Assembly (NCBI GenBank): GCA_044224875.1
Contig: JBGAJQ010000009.1
Coordinates: 32,001-96,000, forward strand
Source: Gemmatimonadaceae bacterium
Lineage (GTDB): Bacteria > Gemmatimonadota > Gemmatimonadetes > Gemmatimonadales > Gemmatimonadaceae
Direction: 5' to 3'
Length of the DNA stretch: 64,000 bases
Position numbers and translations under genes: made by a program. Below, piece by piece: positions 58,115 through 64,000 of the stretch. Under the pieces are notes generated by a model. That model did no database searches and had not been told where the DNA came from. It saw only the letters and a program-made list of their open reading frames with translations. Numbering within the stretch: position 1 is the first letter of the stretch; each line of letters starts with the position of its first letter.

Positions 58115-60757
58115 ATGCGTCGCTTTCCCCTGAGTTTCCTGTCCGCCGTCCTCCTCCCCCTTTTGGCTGCCTGTGGAGGCGGTGGTGGGGAAAGCTCAGG
58201 CCCAGCCAAAGTCGTGTCGGTAACAGTTTCGCTAACGTCGTCGCAAGTCGAGGTCGGCTCATCGACCAGCGCCGTTGTGCAGTACTTCGACTCCAAGCAG
58301 AACGCCCTCAGCGGTCGGACGGTCTCCTACAGCTCGTCGGCGACGGCGGTGGCGACGGTAGATAACAACGGCACGGTGCTGGGGGTCACTCCGGGATCTG
58401 CCTCGATTACCGCGACCGTTGACGGAGTCAGCGGCGCCTCGACGCTGACGATTACGCCGGCGGCGGTGGCCACGGTGATCATCAATCAGCGGACTCCGGT
58501 CGTGAAGGAGAGCGAGACGCTGACGTTGACGGCCACCACGCTTGACCGTGTGGGGCAGGCGCTGACGGGCCGAACGGTCGCGTGGTCTTCGGCGAATCCC
58601 ACACGGGCGACGGTGACAAACGCCGGTGTGGTGTCGGGTGTTGCGGCTGGCTCGGTCTACATTCGCGCAACGAGCGAGGGGAAGGCCGACAGCGTGTTGC
58701 TGAAGGTGAAGGGCCTCAACGCGCCGGTCATCACCGGAGGAGCGCCGACGTCCCTGGTTCCCGGAGCATCCGCCACGATTACCGGCAGCAACTTTGGTGC
58801 GACGCCTAACGACAACGAATTGTACGTGAATGGCGTGCGAGCCACCATCACCGCGGCTTCCGCGACCTCGCTCACCTACACCGTGCCGTCCAGCGACGTC
58901 CTGCCATGCGTCCCGAACGACGCCTCGGTACCGGTGGTGTTGGTGGCGAACGCGGACTCGGCTACGGCCACGCGAGCAGTTCGCATGGCGGTCACACGCA
59001 CGTTGGCCGTTGGGCAGGCCGTGATTCTGACTACCCCGGCCGACCTTGCGTGCGCGGAGTACGCTGGGAGCGGTGGCAAGTACCTGGTGACGGCGTTCAA
59101 CTTTGCCACCACGCCACTGAACAAGCAGTCGTTCCAGTTGGTAGGTGCGGAGAATGGCTCCAACCTCGCCGCCTTGTCGTCAGCCTCACCAGCGCTACTG
59201 AGCGCCGCGCAATCGGCGATAGACGTGCAGGCGTCATCTCCGAAGATGCAGATCCCGGCGATCCTGCAGCGCCATTTGGCGAATCACCTGTCGTTGATGC
59301 AGCGCGAGGCCAGGATCACCGGCGCTCGCCGTCCGGCGCATGAGATCTGGCAGGCGCGTCGCGCGCGGACAGCCAACGAGGCCTTCCGCGCCTCGGCCGC
59401 CGCGGCGCCTACTGGACCAAAGCCGCCGCCGGCGCTCAACTCGATGAAGTCGTTCCGGATGTGCCCGGAAAACGGCACCTCCATTTCGTTCTGCGATCAG
59501 TGGCAGGAAGTGCGTGCGCGAGCCGTGTACGTCGGTCCAAAGATGGTGATCTACGAGGATTCGCTGGCGCCATTGGCTGGCCAGATGGACACGCACTACC
59601 AGAAGATCGGCGCTGAGTTCGACCAGAACATGTATTCCATTCTGGAGAACTTCGGGCGTCCGCTGGCCGCGGATACGGATCTTCAGTGGAACGGGAAGAT
59701 CATCGCGCTCTTTACCAAGCGAGTGAACCAGTATCGTGGCGGCGGCATCCTGGGATTCGTCACGGCGTGTGATTTCTTCCCGCAATCCGACCCGGATCCG
59801 AACGCCGCCTGTCCGAGCTCAAACGAAGGCTCGTACTTCTATGCGATCGTTCCCGATCCCAACAACACGGACGCGAACGCGCGCATTAGCGAGAGCACGT
59901 GGGACCGGTATGTTCGCGGGACGCTGATCCACGAAGCCAAGCATATTACGGCCGTTTCGGAGCGCTACGTCCACGACGCGGCTCGCGCGTTCGACGACGC
60001 GTGGGTGGAAGAAGCCACCGCGCAGGAGGCGAGCGAGATCTGGTCGCGCAGTGTATATGGCGGGCGATCTGCCAAGTCCGACATCCAATGGAGCGATGGG
60101 CCCCAGTGCGACTACGCGCAGCAGAACGCGACCTGTGTGGACCCCGTCGAGGGGATCCTGCACCATTTCAACTTCCTCTACACCCATTACATCGCCAGCG
60201 AATCGAAGTCGATCATCAGCGACCCCACGTCGCCGATTCCCGACGCGGTGATCTACGGTAGCTCGTGGTCATTCCTGCGATACGTTACGGACCTCATGCC
60301 GAGTGAGGGGGACTTCCTGCGTTCAATCACCCAGGTGAAGAACGATGCGGGAGTGACGAACATCGTCACGCATTCGGGAAAGACATTCGATGAGTTGTTA
60401 GGCGGCTTCTCCCTGGCATCGCTGGCGGACAACTATCCGTCCGCGACGATCAACGACCAGCGGATCAAGCTGCAGAGCTGGAACACCCGAGACATCTTCG
60501 CCGGCATGAACCAGTTCCTGGTGGTTGGTAACCCACCGCGACCGGCCTTCCCGCGTGCCTGGCCAATGATGGTGCGGGCGGTTTCGTTCGGTAACTTCAG
60601 TGGCCTTCAGAGCCAGGTTGCCAATCTCCCTGGTGGGGGATGGGCGGCGTGGGAAGTGTCGGGTACGCAAGTCGCGCCGCAGGTGCTTTCGCTCCGCTCA
60701 CCAACCGGCGGCACCCCGCCGGGGAACGTCGGCCTCGCCATCGTGCGCATCCAGTAG
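58115..60757 (+). CDS. Lipoprotein with two Big_2 Ig-like domains, an IPT/TIG domain and a zincin metallopeptidase domain
   Basis: Lipobox 'LAAC'; 'YSSSATAVATV', 'WSSANPTRATV'; 'TITGSNFG'; 'LIHEAKH...WVEEATA'. Confidence 0.8.
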   Translation: MRRFPLSFLSAVLLPLLAACGGGGGESSGPAKVVSVTVSLTSSQVEVGSSTSAVVQYFDSKQNALSGRTVSYSSSATAVATVDNNGTVLGVTPGSASITATVDGVSGASTLTITPAAVATVIINQRTPVVKESETLTLTATTLDRVGQALTGRTVAWSSANPTRATVTNAGVVSGVAAGSVYIRATSEGKADSVLLKVKGLNAPVITGGAPTSLVPGASATITGSNFGATPNDNELYVNGVRATITAASATSLTYTVPSSDVLPCVPNDASVPVVLVANADSATATRAVRMAVTRTLAVGQAVILTTPADLACAEYAGSGGKYLVTAFNFATTPLNKQSFQLVGAENGSNLAALSSASPALLSAAQSAIDVQASSPKMQIPAILQRHLANHLSLMQREARITGARRPAHEIWQARRARTANEAFRASAAAAPTGPKPPPALNSMKSFRMCPENGTSISFCDQWQEVRARAVYVGPKMVIYEDSLAPLAGQMDTHYQKIGAEFDQNMYSILENFGRPLAADTDLQWNGKIIALFTKRVNQYRGGGILGFVTACDFFPQSDPDPNAACPSSNEGSYFYAIVPDPNNTDANARISESTWDRYVRGTLIHEAKHITAVSERYVHDAARAFDDAWVEEATAQEASEIWSRSVYGGRSAKSDIQWSDGPQCDYAQQNATCVDPVEGILHHFNFLYTHYIASESKSIISDPTSPIPDAVIYGSSWSFLRYVTDLMPSEGDFLRSITQVKNDAGVTNIVTHSGKTFDELLGGFSLASLADNYPSATINDQRIKLQSWNTRDIFAGMNQFLVVGNPPRPAFPRAWPMMVRAVSFGNFSGLQSQVANLPGGGWAAWEVSGTQVAPQVLSLRSPTGGTPPGNVGLAIVRIQ

Positions 60758-60758
60758 C

Positions 60759-61031
60759 GTGAGGGACTTCATCCAGCTCTTTCGTTCCCTCACGCTGCGC
60801 CAGATCCTCGGGTTGCAGCTGGCGTGGGCGTCGTCGATCGCGTTTGTCTTCTTCTTCACGACGTGGCTGAGCGAGCGTGGTCTCCACATCGCCAACCGGG
60901 ACAACGTGGCGTTCTCGATGTCGTTGCGCTGGGAGCTGGGCGCCGTCCAGATTCTCTCCGTCATCGCGATCCTCGTGGCGCCGATGCTGCTCTGGGTGGT
61001 GGTGCGCGAACGACCACCGCGTAAGAAGTAG
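60759..61031 (+). CDS. Small two-TM membrane protein
   Basis: GTG one base after the preceding stop; 90 aa with two hydrophobic helices and a basic tail. Confidence 0.55.
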   Translation: MRDFIQLFRSLTLRQILGLQLAWASSIAFVFFFTTWLSERGLHIANRDNVAFSMSLRWELGAVQILSVIAILVAPMLLWVVVRERPPRKK

Positions 61032-61066
61032 CACGCCCAAGGACCCCGGTCCTCTCGAGCCCTGAC

Positions 61067-61960
61067 ATGCCGCACTATTTCGGAGCCCACACCCGCGACA
61101 CCGGCGGTATTCACATGGCCGTCCGCCGTGCTGCGCGCGGAGACATGCGCGCACTGCAGTTCTTCTCCGCGCCGCCGCAATACTACGGTGACAAGGTCTC
61201 CGTGAAGAAGGAACGCGCCGAGCGTTTCAGGGCAGCCGTGCAGGAGACCGCGCTGGACCCGCGATTCATCATGATTCACGCGGCGTACGTGCTGAACACG
61301 GCGTCGCCTGAGTCGGACAAGTACCTGCGCGCCACGGGCGGCTTGGCCAAGGAGTTGGAGCGCAGCACACTCCTCGGCGTCATGGGCTTCTGCTTCCATC
61401 CGGGGTCCGCAGGATCATCGGATCCTGACGCGGCCATTGCGCGCATTGCGGACGCGATCACGCTGGCTCTGGAGTCCACCAAGGGCGCCACGAAGGTGTT
61501 GATTGAGAACACGGCGGGAGCCGGCCGGACCATGGGTCGCACGGCAGAGGAGGTCGCCGCCATGCTCGCACGAATTCCCGCTCACCTGCGCGCTCGGGCG
61601 GGATACGGCCTGGACACGTGCCACCTGTATGCGAGTGGGCACGACATCACCGCCTCGGCCGCGGCGTTCAGTGGCATCATCGATCGATTCTGCGACGCCA
61701 CCGGTGAGAAGCCGTCGTTCTTTCACCTCAACGACTCCGAAGGCGCCCTCGGCTCAAACCGCGATCGACATGCACTGATCGGCGAGGGGGCGATTGGTGT
61801 GGAGCCATTCCGATGGTTGTTGGCCGATGCGCGGTCGCAGGATGTGCCGTTGGTGCTGGAGACGCCGCACGCCGATGAGGAGCGTGCCGAGGACGACGAC
61901 ACCCCGGATCCTCTCGACGTGCGAATGGTGAGGTTGCTGGAGTCGCTGGTCGCAGGCTAG
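61067..61960 (+). CDS. nfo: Endonuclease IV
   Basis: Metal ligand motifs 'IHAAY', 'FHPG', 'IENTAG', 'LDTCH', 'FHLNDS', 'DRHA.IGEG', 'LETP'. Confidence 0.92.
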   Translation: MPHYFGAHTRDTGGIHMAVRRAARGDMRALQFFSAPPQYYGDKVSVKKERAERFRAAVQETALDPRFIMIHAAYVLNTASPESDKYLRATGGLAKELERSTLLGVMGFCFHPGSAGSSDPDAAIARIADAITLALESTKGATKVLIENTAGAGRTMGRTAEEVAAMLARIPAHLRARAGYGLDTCHLYASGHDITASAAAFSGIIDRFCDATGEKPSFFHLNDSEGALGSNRDRHALIGEGAIGVEPFRWLLADARSQDVPLVLETPHADEERAEDDDTPDPLDVRMVRLLESLVAG

Positions 61961-62193
61961 AGTAGTCTGACGGGTGCGATCGGAATTGGTGCGCTCCCTC
62001 CACGCCCACCGTTTGGCCTGACGGTACCCATCACGTGGTGTGATTCGTCGTTCGCGGCAGAGCTCGCCCCGTCGCAATACTCGGTGCATTCACCTCCGTT
62101 GTGTTTCTTTCCGCAATGACCATGAGCAGACCCAGTGCAGTCTCCGATGGCGTTGGACAGCACGGCTTCCTCCCAGGTAAGCGAGGAGCCTTG

Positions 62194-63756
62194 TTGCGCC
62201 GAGTCGCGGTCGCCACGTTCCTGTCGGCCTCGACGGCGGCAGCCCAGCAGCGCGACGCCATCCTGCTCCTGCAGAACAGCGACACCTTCTCGATCGAGCG
62301 ATTCTCGCGGACGCGTTCGAGGTTGGAAAGCGAGATGGTAGTCAAGCCGGCAGGGATGCGGATCAACCTGACGGCGACGCTCGGCGCGAAGGGCGTCGAC
62401 TCGGCCTCCATGGCGGTTCGTCAGGCGTCCGCGGACAAGAGCGCGCCCCCCTTGCAGGCCGCGACAGTGCGCTTTCAGGACGACAGCGTGTTCGTCGATG
62501 TGTCCGGTGCGGCCGCCAGGCCTACCCAGCGAATCGGCTCGAAGCGTGGCGCGATTCCCTTCCTGAACCCGTCGTTTGGACTGGTGGAGCTGGCGATTGC
62601 CCGGGCGCGTTCGCTCGGAGGCGATACTGCCAGCGTGCCGCTGTTCATGCTGCAGGGCGGAGGCACCGTCCTGGTGAAGGTGACCCGGCTCGGGCGTGAT
62701 TCGGTCGTTGTCGACTTCACCAATGTCGTGGCCAGGCTTGCCGTGAGCTCAAACGACGAGATTGTCGGTGGGGTGATTCCGGCGCAGAACCTGCGCCTCG
62801 TGCGTGTGCGTGGCGCGAGTGAGGCGGGGATGGCAGTGGCCAAGCCCGACTATCGCGCTCCTGCCGGCGCGCCCTACACGGCGATTGACGTGACGGTACC
62901 GACGCCGATGGGTCACACACTGGCGGGAACGCTCACCCTGCCGCGCAACGCCAAGGGACGCGTCCCAGCGATCGTCACCATCACGGGAAGCGGACAGGAG
63001 GATCGCGACGAGTCGATCCCGATCGTGAAGGGTTATCGCCCGTTTCGGGAGATCGCCGACACGCTGGCCTACCATGGCATCGCCGTGCTTCGAATGGATG
63101 ACCGCGGTTTTGGTGAGTCCGGCGGAGACGCGTCAAAGGCAACGAGCGCCGATTTCGCCGACGACATTCGTGCTGGCTTGGCTTTCCTCCGGGCACGGGC
63201 GGACATCGACGGGGGACGGTTGGGCCTGATCGGGCACAGTGAAGGCGGGTTGATCGCGCCAATGGTGGCGGCGAACGATGGCGCCCTCCGGGGCATTGTG
63301 CTGATGGCAGGACCGTCCAAGACGGGTCGTGTGATCTTGGAGTATCAGCAACGCAACGCGATCGACCACGATACGTCGCTCACCGGGGCCAAGCGCGATT
63401 CTGCACTGAGGCGGATGTCGGTGATCACCGATTCGCTGGGGGCGGCGATGCCGTGGATGCGCTTCTTCCTCGACTACGATCCGCTCGTCACGGCACGCAA
63501 GGTCACCGTCCCAACGTTGATCCTGCAGGGCATGACGGATCAGCAGGTGACGCGCGACCAGGCGGAATCGCTCGCGCGCGCCCTCCGCGAGGGAGGCAAC
63601 GGTCGGGTGACGGTGCGTCTCTTCCCAGAGGCAAATCACCTGTTCGTGCAGGATCCCGATGGCAATCCAGCGAAATACTCGACCCTGCCGAGTGGTGCGT
63701 TGCGACGTGACGTGAAGGGCGCACTTGTCGATTGGCTTGTCGCCCGAATGCGCTGA
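62194..63756 (+). CDS. Secreted alpha/beta hydrolase (aminopeptidase-like) with N-terminal extension
   Basis: GAGGAG RBS then TTG; 'LAGTLTLP', 'TGSG.EDRDE', 'DDRGFG', nucleophile 'GHSEGG', 'D.QV', 'NHLF'. Confidence 0.85.
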   Translation: MRRVAVATFLSASTAAAQQRDAILLLQNSDTFSIERFSRTRSRLESEMVVKPAGMRINLTATLGAKGVDSASMAVRQASADKSAPPLQAATVRFQDDSVFVDVSGAAARPTQRIGSKRGAIPFLNPSFGLVELAIARARSLGGDTASVPLFMLQGGGTVLVKVTRLGRDSVVVDFTNVVARLAVSSNDEIVGGVIPAQNLRLVRVRGASEAGMAVAKPDYRAPAGAPYTAIDVTVPTPMGHTLAGTLTLPRNAKGRVPAIVTITGSGQEDRDESIPIVKGYRPFREIADTLAYHGIAVLRMDDRGFGESGGDASKATSADFADDIRAGLAFLRARADIDGGRLGLIGHSEGGLIAPMVAANDGALRGIVLMAGPSKTGRVILEYQQRNAIDHDTSLTGAKRDSALRRMSVITDSLGAAMPWMRFFLDYDPLVTARKVTVPTLILQGMTDQQVTRDQAESLARALREGGNGRVTVRLFPEANHLFVQDPDGNPAKYSTLPSGALRRDVKGALVDWLVARMR

Positions 63757-63788
63757 TTCCCAGAGGAAATTCGAACTTCTGAGAAGAA

Positions 63789-63821
63789 AATGGGCCGTTT
63801 TCTCTGGGAAAACGGCCCATT
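63789..63821. terminator. Inverted repeat (terminator-like hairpin)
   Basis: AATGGGCCGTTTTC-TCTGG-GAAAACGGCCCATT, perfect 14-bp stem. Confidence 0.55.
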
Positions 63822-63921
63822 CCCTATTGCATCGTGAGCAAGTGATTTTATCTTGCGCGGCGTCGTAATCGTGTTTCTCCCAGAGAGAAAATCGCGTCGA
63901 CCACCTTTCAGGAGACTACTG

Positions 63922-64000
63922 ATGGCCGCTAAGAAGAAGGCCGCGAAGAAGACCGCGAAGAAAGCCGCAGCAAAGAAGACCGTGAAGAAGGCCGCGAAGC
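63922..64000 (+). CDS. Histone H1-like Lys/Ala-rich protein (partial, runs off window end)
   Basis: AGGAG RBS at 63910-63914; MAAKKKAAKKTAKKAAAKKTVKKAAK... Confidence 0.75.
   Translation, partial: MAAKKKAAKKTAKKAAAKKTVKKAAK

Overview
High-GC bacterial chromosomal window (roughly 65% GC by eye). The gene repertoire (kinase with 'ELGGGGMS', PD40-amidohydrolase, DUF5916, Ig-like lipoprotein peptidase, M56-HEAT) suggests Gemmatimonadota; this is an inference. About 46 protein-coding genes are densely packed. I found no rRNA, tRNA, CRISPR array, transposase or phage genes. Main blocks: (i) a BlaI repressor, an M56 peptidase/HEAT-repeat sensor and a partial HEAT-repeat gene, linked by a shared non-canonical palindromic box; (ii) a split DUF4331 pair, Ser/Thr kinase, DUF4403, multicopper oxidase and amidohydrolase; (iii) sixA-CHAD/CYTH-pimB'-like genes converging on patA-like/MFS/pimA-like genes, resembling an actinobacterial phosphatidylinositol-mannoside (PIM) glycolipid cluster; (iv) a cytochrome P450 broken by an internal deletion; (v) TetR-TolC-MFP-RND efflux operon with a perfect 18-bp palindrome; (vi) an ABC-EamA-decarboxylase-fabF operon and a divergent ABC ATPase plus permease/M1-aminopeptidase fusion; (vii) mscL, APC permease, PhzF-like, pruA, Ig-like metallopeptidase, nfo, an alpha/beta hydrolase and a partial histone H1-like gene. 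A window-wide signal is also present: the hexamer GTTAGG/CCTAAC occurs at least 37 times and accounts for most of the rare TTA Leu codons I noticed. All family assignments come from motif recognition by eye, not database searches.
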